This document shows, piece by piece, positions 25,748 to 38,733 of a DNA stretch of 64,000 nt. The first letter of the stretch is position 1; each line of letters opens with the position of its first letter. Source of the DNA: Octopus bimaculoides (taxonomy: Eukaryota); NCBI RefSeq assembly GCF_001194135.2, contig NC_068987.1, positions 78,231,122 to 78,295,121 of the forward strand. The letters are read 5' to 3'. The notes under the pieces are model-generated. The model worked only from the letters and a program-made list of their open reading frames with translations, had not been told where the DNA came from and did not search any database. The position numbers were made by a program, and so were the translations under genes.

Positions 25748-25865
25748 CACTGCTTTGGTAGAAGACTCTAGCTCAATGCGACGCGCAATGTAGTCAATTC
25801 TGGAGCCATGTGTAGTGAAGCAATTTCCTTGATTACACAGCCAGCCATACTTGGTTTTTATTTAA

Positions 25866-26086
25866 CCCTTTAATATTTAAACCGGCCATATCAGGCAGAA
25901 ATATTTTACCTGTTCTATGCTTAAACTGGCCAGATCCAGCCTCTCATATGTATCCTGTAATGTCGTTCTCAAAATAAACAAACACATCATCGAAATAACG
26001 AAGCCACAAGATAATAGATGATAAATTCAAAACAATCTGAATAAACAAGCATTTACATTCAGCAGAATAATCTGAATACTAAAGGG
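25866..26086. mobile_element. piggyBac-like MITE
   Basis: TTAA on both sides (25862-25865, 26087-26090). The termini ccctttaatatt and aatactaaaggg are inverted repeats. Confidence 0.75.
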
Positions 26087-26698
26087 TTAATCTTCCATGT
26101 GGCTGTAAGCTCATGAAAATAACTACTATGAAACTGATATATGAGAAGTAACCTTCCCAGAAGTTTTGAATCTCACTGCTAAGCTAAACACACCATGAAC
26201 ATATCCGACGCTGAGATACATCTCCTACAGTGGCATATGTATCCATGACTTAAAAATCGGCTGTCCAATAGCTAATATATTCAGCCGTTTTGCTTCTCCT
26301 TTTGATAATTCAATTTATGACTCATCGTATGGCTGAAATGTTTCTAATGCATATTTGTTAAGCGTTGGAGATTGGATTCTTATTTAGAAATTTTTAAATA
26401 AATAAACGTTCCAGTCGAACCAATAAGGGGCTTCGTTTTATATCTTCCCTCAATTTATAAGAAGCAGGAAGCGAATTCTCTGAAATACACCGTCGTGTTA
26501 GATATGAAAGACATCGTTTTCAAATTTGGTATATGGATTAAGTTTTGTATACTAATTATGAAAATGAAAATCCTCTTCCCAATAAATCTATAATTAAGAA
26601 GTTATTAGCCTTTAAAATTTGCAAAATTTGGGTATTTTAGCCATTCGGAAGCGAATATTTTACACACCACCGTCAAGTTCTGTTAGCATAGTAAGCAA

Positions 26699-26835
26699 AG
26701 AACTCTGTTTCCATAGTAACCAAGGAGTGTAACCACCATGTGTTCCATAACTGTTTGCAGAGAACTGTTTCCATTGTAACCAAAGATACGTATGCACACA
26801 AAATGTGTTACCACCACGTGTTCCATAATTGTTTG
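26699..26835. repeat. Two direct repeats upstream of the Merlin transposase
   Basis: ctgtttccat.gtaaccaa and gt.accacca.gtgttccataa.tgtttg each occur twice. Confidence 0.7.
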
Positions 26836-26895
26836 TTTTCATAACAGTTGGAATTTGATTCGAGAACGGTATAGAGATTTTAGAACAGTGACAAG

Positions 26896-27742
26896 ATGGC
26901 CACAACCTTAAACCTTTCCTATTTTATGGAAGAAGTGAGGACAATAGAAGATGCAGCATATTTCTTCCAAGAGAAAGGAATTATACCAGAAAAGAAGATT
27001 TGTAAGAAAGGACGTCCCATGGGAAAAACAATTCGTGGGAAATTTTATTGGTGCTGCTAACAGAGAGGCTGTAATATTTCTGTGTCTCTGAAAAGATACC
27101 TGGTTGGAAGGTGGCTCACTTTGAGAACAATACTTCTTGTTTTGTACGCCTGGTTCAAAGAAATGATCTCAATTTATTTTTGTACGGAAGAACTGGGTAT
27201 GGATCCAAGCACAGCAGTTCATTACAGCACTTATATTCGCGAGTTGTGTGTGGAGGACCTGCTCCTCAACGTAGTTAAGATAGGTGGTCACGGAAAGATC
27301 CTTGAGCTGGACGAAAGAGTGTACTCAAAGCGCAAGTACAACCGAGGGAGGATGGCACCTGAACAATGGGTCTTTGGAGGAGAATGTCGCGAGACGAGGG
27401 AAGTTTACCTTTATGCTGTACCAAGTCGTAACTGAAAAACACTAGAGGACTACATACGCCACTCAGTTCTTCCAGGAACCACTATCTTCAGTGACCTGTG
27501 GCCAGCTTATTTCAAACATAAACCTGTGAACTATAGCATTGAATTTATAAACTCAAAAGATGGGACTCACACTCAACAAATTGAGAGTGCCTGGGCATCT
27601 TTCAAGCGTAGAAACAAACGCCAATGTGGGACTCACCTTTCAATGGTTGACTCGTATCTGCGAATTTATGTGGAGAAGGAGATATGAGAAAGATGGTCTA
27701 TTTTATAAAATCCTAGAGTGTATGGCAAATTTTCCTTCTTGA
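26896..27742 (+). pseudogene. Merlin-superfamily DDE transposase (IS1016/ISXO2-like), pseudogenised
   Basis: Joined translation: MATTLNLSYFMEE...WCC*QRGC...KIGGHGKILELDERVYSKRKYNRGRMAPEQWVFGGECRET...RN*KTLEDYIRHSVLPGTTIFSDLWPAY...GTHTQQIESAWASFKR...YL/CEFMWRRR. The D, D and E motifs are present. Stops at 27058 and 27433, an apparent deletion after WPAY, and a frameshift near 27660. Confidence 0.9.
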
Positions 27743-27777
27743 ATTTTTTAACTAATAAATATCTGTTTTAAATAATG

Positions 27778-27990
27778 TTTTGACTGTTATTTCTAGCAAC
27801 TCCAGTTGGTTTGCTCGTAGCTTTTAAATATTTAATTTTCTCGTGTATGTTTTAATGTTTTTCACTGTTTACTTTGTTCGTGTATATTTTAATGTTTTGA
27901 CTTTTATTTCTAGCAACTCCAGTTGGTTTGCTCGTAACTTTTAAATATATGATTTGCTCGCGTATGTTTTAATGCTTTTCACTGTTGTTT
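27778..27990. repeat. About 117-bp direct repeat pair downstream of the Merlin transposase
   Basis: ttatttctagcaactccagttggtttgctcgta.cttttaaatat occurs at about 27788 and 27905. Confidence 0.8.
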
Positions 27991-28820
27991 CTAATACTTT
28001 GATATGCCGGCGTCCCACCACTTTCTCGTGGCTGTAACAGATAATGGAAAAGGCAGCGAATGCGCTGCCGAAAACGCGCTGTTTTCGGCAGAAAATTCTA
28101 AAAATTATCAAATTTGAACGCTTGTAACATTTTCGCAAAATTTTTCTAGAACAAATGAATAACAAATTCGGGTTCAACGTTACAAATGACGTCTATTTGC
28201 TAGATTAAATTTTTTTTTTTTAAGGTTTCGACATGCAGTGATTCAAGCCAGAAGAACACCAGTTTCCGATATACAAAATGACGTGATGGCCATAGCTAAA
28301 ACGCCTTTAGTTATATCTCTACTTTGTGTCCATGAGTCAAACACATCATCTCACGTTGCCTTGCGATCACTTCGACACCTGACGCGTGACACATCTTGCA
28401 CCAGTTCAGACAACGTCGGTTTGATGGAGAGAGTGAGTTAGTGTGCGGCACGAACATTTGGTCATTATCAAACCATTTGTACAGGTCATTCAGCAAAAGC
28501 TGAACAATCATGCGACGAAGACACATCGTAGCAATTCAGAAAACGCAGAAAAACTGTTTACTTCACTCAAAAATTAATTGCTGGTAATATGATGTCAACA
28601 TTTTCGTCGTTCGAAACTGTGACCTGGTCAATTACAGCCTTATATATATGATAAAATAAATCATCGTGTGTACGGTGTACAGCGAGAGGCAAAAAGATTA
28701 CTCGTATATTTATCCTTAATACGTTCTGAAAGATTCGAACGTGAATATGCTAATCGCTGCTGTGTTTCGTTACAGAAGAACAACTTACCTTTACAACGAT
28801 TGTCTTTTCATAATAAACAC

Positions 28821-28896
<76 letters not shown>

Positions 28897-28944
28897 AGTA
28901 TACACATATATTTTTATATATTTATACATACACGTGACGTATCG

Positions 28945-29080
28945 AGCAGTTTCTTCTGCCAAGTTTCTCTCTTAAACCTTTGTAGACGCGAAAACATGGT
29001 AAAAGACACTTGCGCAGAATAAAACACAGAGGGATTAAGCGCAGGATTACATAGCTATAATCCTCTTAATCTCACAACCA
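28945..29080 (-). mobile_element. SINE family B, highly degenerate 5' half
   Basis: ggtaaaagacacttgcgcag resembles gtagaagacacttgcccaag, next to a (CA)n tract. Confidence 0.4.
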
Positions 29081-30995
29081 TTGCATAACTATAAATAACA
29101 TATCCTTTAAGAGCTACGCTGTATCGATATGCAGGTATAAGTATATTGAATACTAAATCTAATTAAAACATGTTTAGAAAACTCGTATTTATGCGAAAGG
29201 AGGGTTCTATACGTTTATTCGACCTGCAAGATTGACAATCAAATCTCCATTAAATAGCACCTCAATCATTGATTTAATCGAGGTTTATAGAAAGTACATG
29301 TAGGAAACGGATCCCCAGGCTTACTCCGACAAAGGCAGCGTGATCACATTTGGAATGCCTTTTGTCTTCTTGATATGGTTAAAAAAACGTGCTTTGAATT
29401 TCGATTCCAGTTATTTCGCACGACATGGTTGACTAAACTGTATAATGACTACAGTTGGCTTAATCGTAGGCGCTGCAGAGTTAAATCCAATATACAAGTT
29501 TGAATTCTGGTTTAAATAATTTCATCCTGCATTTGAAGCAATCTGCATTAAACTGAATCCGACATTCTGTGTTATATTCCCAATGAAAATCGGTTCAACT
29601 AATCTATTTACTTATTCGTTTGGGTATAACATCACTTTTCTCATTTCTCTAATAATATGAGTTTTATTGAAAATCAAATGTAAAGTATGCATTTGAAAAT
29701 CAAGTGGCACACGACCTAGATCTACGACTGAGATCAACCGAGATCTTATCGTCGTTTCGATTGTTGGTTATTGCCCTTGAGAAAGTACGAACCTCCGACG
29801 AGCTTCTTTCCTCTTTCCTATAAGTATCGAGCCATTGTGTCTTCATAAGAAATCAATATATACTTGAACGCCTAGACTAGTGAGCAATGGATTAGGTTAT
29901 TGACATTTGTTCCCAAGTTTATCTTTGCCTTCAGTCAATTGAAAATTCGGCGCTCGCTTAATATACTAAGCTAAGAGCAAAACTTTTCAGGAGTTATAGT
30001 CGATTTTATATCCAAGGAACACTTGCAAGTGCCTTAAGCACCTGAATTCCTACAAGGAAACATTATAAATTCAATAAGTAAATATTCGGGCTATTTGCAA
30101 GTGTGTTTCTAACCTAAGTTACCTAAGTTAGGTGTTAGGTGATGAACTCATTTCATAATAAATCAACGAATAAAAATGAATTATCTACGCTATGTTACAA
30201 AGATAAATACTAAAGTCAGAAATATACGTTAAGATATGTTTTAATGAAAATGCTGCACTTTGAAAGAAAACTAATGGAAAAATCAGTGATTGTGAATAAA
30301 AATGTTACATTAAGAGAACTAGTTCAATTGGAGGGGTAATAAAGTTGACCTGTCTGCAGGGCAACAACAGAGTAAGTCTAAAAGTTTTGGTAGAATGAAA
30401 ATACATTATTAAATAAATAAAACAAAATAACTATTTGATATTATTATATATCACATCAGTACTAGCATTTTCTGATTTTACGTTATACGTCTTTCAACAG
30501 TAATATTTAAATTTTCTACTGTAAAGACGGTGATGTTGGAGAGCTAAAAAAAAAACATTTTCTTGAATGCCTTACCACAAAAATATGCATATTCTCCCTC
30601 TTGGCTCTGAAGTTCAGAGTTTATCAAATATGTTTTATCTTTCCACACACCTAGAGTAGAAAAATGTAATTTCTTTTTGAATAGGTACAAATTCATTATA
30701 TTTTAGGTAAAAAACTAAGATATTTTCAGATTCACACCTTTCCCAAAGGCATTCACAGTTAATAAAGGGAACCAGGCGATTTTATTCAGCCAGGAGCTTA
30801 CCTCTTTCCCTGCAATTCTCACCATTATAAGTATGGTAAATATTAGCGGTTTTTGTTCAAAGTGAGTAAGGTTTCGAGTCATTTGAGTGCCGCACAGCAG
30901 GTCGATATTTTCACAATTTCCATTGCATTGTGCCTATGGATAGCACGCTAATTTTGCAACAGTAGACTTCCTCTTTCAATATTACAAAATGGTAA

Positions 30996-31171
30996 GGTGG
31001 AGAGCTGGCGGAAACGTTAGCACGCCGGGCGAACTGCTTCGCGGTATTTCGTCTGTCTTTACGTTCTGAGTTCAAATTCCCCCAAGGTCGACTTTATCCT
31101 TTCAGTGTCGATCTAATCGACTGCCCCCCCCCCAAAAAAAAAATTCGGGCCTTGTGCCCAGAGTAGAAAAG
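30996..31171 (+). mobile_element. SINE family A with 18-bp target-site duplication
   Basis: aatattacaaaatggtaa at 30978-30995 and again at 31172-31189 flanks the element. Confidence 0.9.
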
Positions 31172-31748
31172 AATATTACAAAATGGTAAATGTATCATCA
31201 CTGTAACATCGATGAGTATTTCCTTAGCTTGTAAATCTGGAGAAATTTAGGCAGGATTTCTTTTACATTCTTCCACTGAATACCCAAATGCGAATTGGAT
31301 TCGTAGTAATATTCAGTTAAATAACAGAGATGCAGGATTTACAAATTACCACCACATTTTTTTTCACTGAAATATACATACTCAAAATACTATTAATTTT
31401 ACACTTAATAAAAATCGGTTTTCAATTTTCTTCACATAAACTGATAGCATTGAGAAAATATACTTAATTTCTGTATCGCTTTGTAACATGTTTTGGTGTA
31501 ATTTATTTGCCTCGGGTTATGTCATGTTGACAATTTGAAATAAGGATGAAATGGCGTTATACATAGCTACGAATGACTAGAAAATTTTAAGATATTTATA
31601 ATGAGTAGTGAAAACAATAGCAAATACGTATCTTTGTGTAGCTTCTTCAGTGTCCTTAGACTTAAAATTCAAATCCTAATTCCGTCATGAGTAATCTAGA
31701 AATGATTGTTTCCCTTGCAGTAACTAGTGTGGCTGGTGAGGCTAGCCT

Positions 31749-31905
31749 GGCGTGGCTGTGTGATAAGAAGCTTGCTCCCTAACCACATGGTTCCAGGTTC
31801 AGTCTCTCTACGTGGCACCTTGGGCAAGTGTCTTCTACTATAGCTAAGAGCTGACCAAAACCTTGTGGGTAGATTTGGTAGATGGAAATTGAAAGAAGAT
31901 CGATG

Positions 31906-31943
<38 letters not shown>

Positions 31944-32162
31944 TATGTATGTATGTGTGCATCTTTGTATCCGTGTTCGTCCCCTATGAACATGTGTTGG
32001 TGTGCTTATGTCCTCGTTATCTAGCGGTTCGACAAAAGAAACTGATAAAATAATTACCAGGCCTAAAAATAAATACTGGAGTAGATTTATTCGACAAAAA
32101 CTTCTTGAAGACGGTGCCCCAGCATGGCCATAGTCTAATGAATGAAACAACAAAAAGATAAG
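31749..32162 (+). mobile_element. SINE family B, near full length
   Basis: gtggctgtgtgataagaagcttgc...ggttccaggttcagtc...gtggcaccttgggcaagtgtcttctactatagc...ggtgccccagcatggcc. Confidence 0.85.
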
Positions 32163-33104
32163 AACATAACAGGTAGCCGTAAGGGTATTCTACTTGTCAG
32201 GGAACCATATTTTCTCGAAGTATTCTTTTCTATTTGGGATTGTTTCAGTTGGAACATCTTTGATCATGTGTCTTTATGAACGTGATTGACTTGTGGCTGA
32301 ACAGCAACGTTGACAACAACAGCAACTAGTACTATATTTTATCAATGTAAAAAAAAAAAATTAAAAAAAAAAATTGTAATCTTTCTATTGAGCATTAAAT
32401 TCATAAATTTATTATTTATTTTGCTTGCTCTTCATTTTGCAACGGATTTTCATCGTATCAACGTAAGATTGATAAAATTAATAATTATATTAAAATATAC
32501 TATTTCATATCTCGTATTATAATAATATATTATAAATATATAACAATATTAATGATAACAATAGCAATAAAAGACATTTTTTTCTATCAGCTGAGTCAAT
32601 TCAAAGACTATAAATACATATACGACTCCAAGGATAATTAATAATGGTCTACGATGGCAAAAAAAATATTTAGTAAATTTTCCAAACTTCAATAAATTAA
32701 CATGCATTAAAAATGATTAACATTTGGATAGTTTTTTATGACTGCACAGACAATGTAGGTGCTTGAAACCTATATCCTTATTGCCATCGTGATTTTTAAA
32801 TGTTTGTCATACTACCAAGTATATAGGATTTTAAGATATACCAAGTATATAGTTGTGTATAGAATCTTTTAAAATTGTGGTTGCACTAGGAACACTGTTA
32901 TGTGAAAAGTCTACTGTCTTCCAAAGGATGCATACAAAACAGCGAGAATCTAAAGAATAATCTATCTATTTATTCTGAATATTTTATGGCAGATTCCAAC
33001 GTGAATATCTGATCACTGTGGTTTATCACCCTCGGAGCATGCCTCTTCCATTAGGCTTCGTGTTTTCACAACAGACAGGTTCAACAGTTCACCAGTGTAA
33101 GAGG

Positions 33105-33157
33105 ACTTCCAGACACCTTGGTGTTTCGAGATTGTTTTGTGCCTCTTCAGTCGAAGC
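33105..33157 (-). ncRNA. Type I hammerhead ribozyme motif with canonical catalytic core
   Basis: G-CUUCGA-CUGAAGA-G...C-GAAAC-ACC-aa-GGU-GUC-UGGAAG-U: 5-bp helix III, helix I 5/6 bp plus G-U, GUC cleavage triplet, weak helix II. Confidence 0.65.
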
Positions 33158-33297
33158 TACCCCACAGTCGGACCGATGGATCTGACAAGAGTTGCTCTGT
33201 GTGTACTTCAAGAATTATTATCTGTTCGGCAGACATCTACAAACACGAGCACAGAATTTGCTTGTTGATTCCTATAAACAAGAGCTGGTGCACGCAC

Positions 33298-33301
<4 letters not shown>

Positions 33302-33382
<81 letters not shown>
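33302..33382. repeat. (CA)n microsatellite
   Basis: Pure ca repeat of about 80 bp. Confidence 0.95.
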
Positions 33383-33384
<2 letters not shown>

Positions 33385-35813
33385 AAGGTACATTTATCTA
33401 CATGGTATTAACTATGCGAATATACTATTTTTACAGGTCAAAATTATTGACTCAATGACGGGCAGAATTCTTCGCCATATGATTTTGTTTACAGCAAAAC
33501 AAAATTATACAATTATACACATTTGGAGAATTAGCGATTTTTTTTTTTTGAAATATCAATATTTGTTAGACTTTGTCGCCTTTCTAATATTGTTTACAGT
33601 TTAACTAATTTACAACACGTAGGAGTTGAGATTAATCTTTAACTATTACAAATGAGCAATAAAAAAAAAGCATCCATTCTATTTTTCAGCTGAGATAACT
33701 TTGCACACATCTGTGTCGCGTGTGTCTTCTGTAGTAGAAAGTAAAGTACCTTGAAGTCAAGCTGTTCTTTCACTAACTCTTATCTTCAGTAGCTAATACA
33801 TAGTTTGAATCCATTATGAGGTCACTTAGGGGTTAAGCACTTTTATCTGCTAACTCGGAGATGATATTCACAAAAATGTTTTCAAAGTACTACAGTTCGC
33901 TAGAATCGACTCCTTACAAGTATACAAGCTCTTCTTTTCGATATGGTAGTTCTGTAAGTATGCCATATGGTGTTGACCTAGTGATTACAAATGCCAATTA
34001 GGTCGAGAGGACCTAATTCTTCTTTGCTACTTTATTGGCTTCGTGGAGCGTCAACCACATAAACACCAAATACTACACACATGCAATTGTTAAGAACGTC
34101 AGTCTTTGATCTTGCCGCATAAAAGATGACCAAAGAATAGGCCACCGAGTGGCTGTTGAACCACAACTAGACAAATTAGCGCTTTCATAAATAGAAAAGT
34201 GGTGAAATGGGGCGCGAACTTGAACGGTTATAGAATTCCTATCTCTTCGATAGATTCCTCCTTAGTACAAATACAACAAACCTTCTGGACTGTTGAAAAC
34301 AAGTAACTTAAACGGTCGAATTATACAAGGGAAAAGGAGTTAATATGAATATACCTAAAAGCATACCATTGTTGTACGGACAGAAATAATCAACACGTTA
34401 ATATTATTCATTCATTCACTTATTTATTAATTTCATCATCATCATCATTATTATAATTTAACTTAGTCAGTGTAGAAAGGGAAGTGCACATGGTCTTTTT
34501 AAGAATATTCAAGACGATTCAAGCATATGGAGGGAAAAAAAATCATGAAATTTTGACTCATAGGCTTGCTCCCAATTCTTTAAAAAAAATGAACTCCGCT
34601 GAAGGAATGAAGCAATGCTTGTAAAATTACACATTAAAATCTATGTTAATTGCGCTTTTCCCGAAACAAAGTAGTTCCAAATTGGATTTGAAATTCTTCG
34701 ACAATCTCATTTTCTTATAAATTTACCTGCGAAAAATTATAGCTTTACTATTTTTACCATCAGTATCCTTGTAGCGATGGCTGCGAAATTAAGAAAATTT
34801 TTTCTGGTTTTGTTTTCGAACCCACTGTGCAGCGTTTAGGATAAATGTGTTTTACAATACTCTCGGGATGACCAATACTTTGTAAGTGGAATTTTGCTGA
34901 CGACGAATGTTCGGAGACCCTTGTGTATAACGGCAAGAAAACCGAAACGAAACTCACAACCTGCAAAACCCAGTGAGTTTTCGTACGAAGCTTTCTGTTG
35001 CTATTGTTTGTACCTTGTTAACACACATTTCCTTGTCATTCTCACCAGCCCAAATGTAGTTAATCAGTAATCAGTTGGTTGCACACCTCTAGCTAAGGAC
35101 GTTATTGTTCATGATTTGATAGAATTTATATTCATAAACAAATGCTAAACTATTAATATTAGTATTTTCCAGAAAACTATCTAGTAACAGAAATTGTATT
35201 ACATAAGAATGTATAATATAGGCTTTTGAATACAGTGATTGGCAGAATGTGTTAGAACGACGGACGAAAAAATTGACGATTTTATTCCAGATCTTTTCTT
35301 TCTGAGTTCAAATCTCATTTTCATCTTTCGGGGTCGATAAAGTGATCATCAATGACAGGATGAGGACGTCTTAACCGTATTATGAATTGAACATCCGCCA
35401 CGGCTGATTCAATTGTGTAGCAGACCTTTACCTGATACTTTGATGTCTTTTACGGAGTCCATTTAATCGCAAAAATTCGGGCCAAGTTTTCAACCAGAGA
35501 ATATTTCATTTCCCCATTCCCATTGGTCCTTTTAAAAAGAACATAGTCCCTGTCCCTTCTACTGATTAAGCGATAAAAAAAAACATTTCGTATTTACCTG
35601 TAGCTCATAATAGACGCTAACATAACCAGAAAAAACAAAATATTGAAATGATTATATACCCAAGTATATTACTAGAACCAAATGCAAGATTTGCTTGGAG
35701 GAAGGAAGAAAAGCCGAGTTCTTGTGGGATTTCAAAAGTTGGTAGTGTGAGTTTTAAAGGAATAATGAAATTATATACGCCCGTGTCTGATTAGTCATCT
35801 GTGCTAGCTAACT

Positions 35814-35856
<43 letters not shown>

Positions 35857-35866
35857 NNNNNNNNNN

Positions 35867-35897
<31 letters not shown>

Positions 35898-36293
35898 CTC
35901 TCTCTCTCCCTCACTCTCTCTCTCTTTCTCTATCTATCTATCTATCTAGCTAGCTGGCTGGCTACTACAGTCAATAAACCCTTGATGTTAGGGTTTCGGA
36001 TATGTAATAATAATAATAATAACAATAATCCTTTCTATTATCTCTGTTGTCAACGGAGCATTGGATTCAATACTATCCAATCTGAAAAAAACACTTCTGA
36101 AAACTTGAGAAATACCCTACAATCTAGGTGTATTGCAAAAGTCGGCTTTACTGCACGCATGTTGAGTAAAGTACTGTCTGTCTGAAGCCTTTGTTGTGAT
36201 TTGATAAACAATATGTTCAATCAACAACCTAACGAAAATGTATTCTGTGCGACTATAATAATAATAATAATAATAATAATGATAATAATAATC

Positions 36294-36498
36294 TTCCTTT
36301 CTGCAATAGTCTAAAAAATTTTGGAGTAGGGGATAAATCGATATCGGGCTAAGTGTTCAACTGGTACTTATTTTATCGACCCTGAAGGATGGAAGGCAAA
36401 GTCGACGTCGGTGGAATTTGAACTCAGAATGTGAAAGCGGACTAAATGCCACTGAGCATTTTGTCCACCATGCTAACAATTCTGCCTGCTCGACATCT
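36294..36498 (-). mobile_element. SINE family A between (TAA)n tracts
   Basis: atcgaccctgaaggatggaaggcaaagtcgacgtcggtggaatttgaactcagaatgt. Confidence 0.8.
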
Positions 36499-36674
36499 TC
36501 ATAATAATAATAGTCTTTTCTAATAAGGGTAGAACGCCTGAAATATATATATATATGTACTTGGGGTGGGGTAGCCGGTTACATCGACACCCAATGTTGA
36601 TGATGATGTTGATAATGACTATGATTCTTCAAAGATATTTGACAAAAGACTGCAATTTTAGTTGCGACGGGTTC

Positions 36675-36913
36675 CAATGGTTCTCAATGGACCTGGGGGT
36701 CCATATAATATTTTGTTGTTAAAATTTATGTGCAACAAAGTGGTTTTGCTTCTACAGTACACAAAATGTCTTAACTTTTTATATATATTTCCTAATAGTA
36801 TTGAATTATAAAAGTGCTAAGGACCTTTTGAAACATGGAATAGCGATGGGGGTTCAGTAGAGTAAAATAAGGATCAAATGGTGCCATAGGCAAAAAATGT
36901 TTGAGAACCACCG
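36675..36913. mobile_element. hAT/Charlie-like MITE
   Basis: Termini caatggttctcaa and ttgagaaccaccg are inverted repeats. No convincing TSD. Confidence 0.5.
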
Positions 36914-37477
36914 GGTTAATCGATTACATCGATTCCAGTGCATAACTATTACACATGCTAACGACTCCGATGCCGCAAGGCATTTTAATCTCTGCTCTGT
37001 AAGTAACCATTTTATTGTCGATAAGTGAAAAAAAAAAAAAAAAGAAAAGAAAATCTACTTTAGTTAGGGAACACGCAATAGACATTTTAGAAAAGATTAT
37101 TAAAAGATTTAAGATTTTGAGTTAAAAAAGTTCAACAACACTGATCAAAGAACAACTAAATCATTTTGTTATAGTTTTCGAGGCAACAAGTGGACCTCGA
37201 CTTAAACGATAATTAGCTCTTAATCTGTAGGTAAAACTGTGTCTACATTCAGATTTGTAACTATGCACTGAAGAAGCCACTAAAACAAAAAGCCATATAA
37301 CAAAAAAATGTTTAAGTCTTATAAGACCAAACCAGTACTTTCAGGAAAGTTACAAGCCTGTGAATTTGTAAAATTGATTTATAATTTTTCGCAACTCAAA
37401 TTCACCCCCTATGGTACTAAAAAGATTTTCATTCTCATCCCAGATATAATTTTTTTAATTCCAGAAAGAGCGACCAA

Positions 37478-37632
37478 ATCTCCTTCAGATTACGCCACAC
37501 TTTCTAAAAAGAGGAGGAGAAAAGCCAAAGAAATTTTAGTTACTTAAAAATAAGGGATGGTCACAGCTGGAACGCCCTTAATTTATAGATATGCTAGACC
37601 AGAGATGACCCAGGGTTAAACAGTGACAATGA
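37478..37632 (+). mobile_element. Family F retroposon tail fragment
   Basis: ccaaatctcc...gggatggtcacagctggaa...gaccc.gggttaaac is shared with 59405-59600 and 63238-63432. Confidence 0.55.
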
Positions 37633-38464
37633 CATAAACCATCGTTTCTTTAGTTATTCATATCGTGCAATATGAAGTACCTGTGTTTTGTATTGCGTCA
37701 CAATGACAAAGTAATTAAACAATAATCCACGAATAATAACGTTAATAAGCAATAATTAATTTATAATTAACATCCTTGTGTAGAAAAATGTTAATGGGTT
37801 CCATTAATCTTGAAGAAAGATTTTCACGTTAACCATTCCGGTTGACATGAAACGGTTAGTTAAAAAGAATGTTGGCGTTGGTTTGTTTTACGGCATGGAA
37901 GAAAGAAACTGTGACAAGCTGAAGGCAATATAATGCCAGTGGGAACGACAGACAAGCACTAGAGGGAGATTATGAAAACTGCTGTAAGGCCCGCCTATTC
38001 AATCGTGCCAGTGAGAGGTAAAAAAGACTGGTAACTTGTCTAAAATAAACAGCCAATAAAAATTTGAGTCTCTGTCAGCCAGTGAAACCGTCAAATACGG
38101 AATAAAAGATTTGAATTCATTACATCCTTGTCATCCACTGGAGGAAAGCTGTTGTACGTTTTTTTTTATTATTTTCTCCTCTTTTAATGAGAGAACCACG
38201 CCTCCTCTATAAGCATTTTTGAATCCTCATTAATATTGTTTGCTCTGTAATGACATCAAAAGCTTTCCTGTTTTGACTGGTGATGTAAGCTTTTTATATC
38301 CTTTACATCTGCTCAGGAAAGTGACGTGTGTATTCGTTAAGCAGACAAACTGCAAGACTAAGAAATTTATATTCAAGTTTTCTTTAGATGCATATCGTGA
38401 ACATGGAGGCATTGATGTACGTGTGATGTGTAAGTGTGTGTGTGTTTGCGCGCACACACACACA

Positions 38465-38524
<60 letters not shown>

Positions 38525-38697
38525 CGTACATACATACAAACACACACAGACACAGATACACTGGTATAATATATATATTATATATACATATATATATATA
38601 AAACTAATATACATATACATACATGTATGTATGTATGTATGTATGTATGTATGTATGTATGCATGTATGTGTGTATGTATGCATGTATGTATTTATA

Positions 38698-38733
<36 letters not shown>

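Noticed and set aside
33010-33290. RTE-type LINE coding remnant (SRNTKV-like peptide on the minus strand)
   Set aside because: The similarity is limited to a few residues among stops. The hammerhead fold explains the same bases better.
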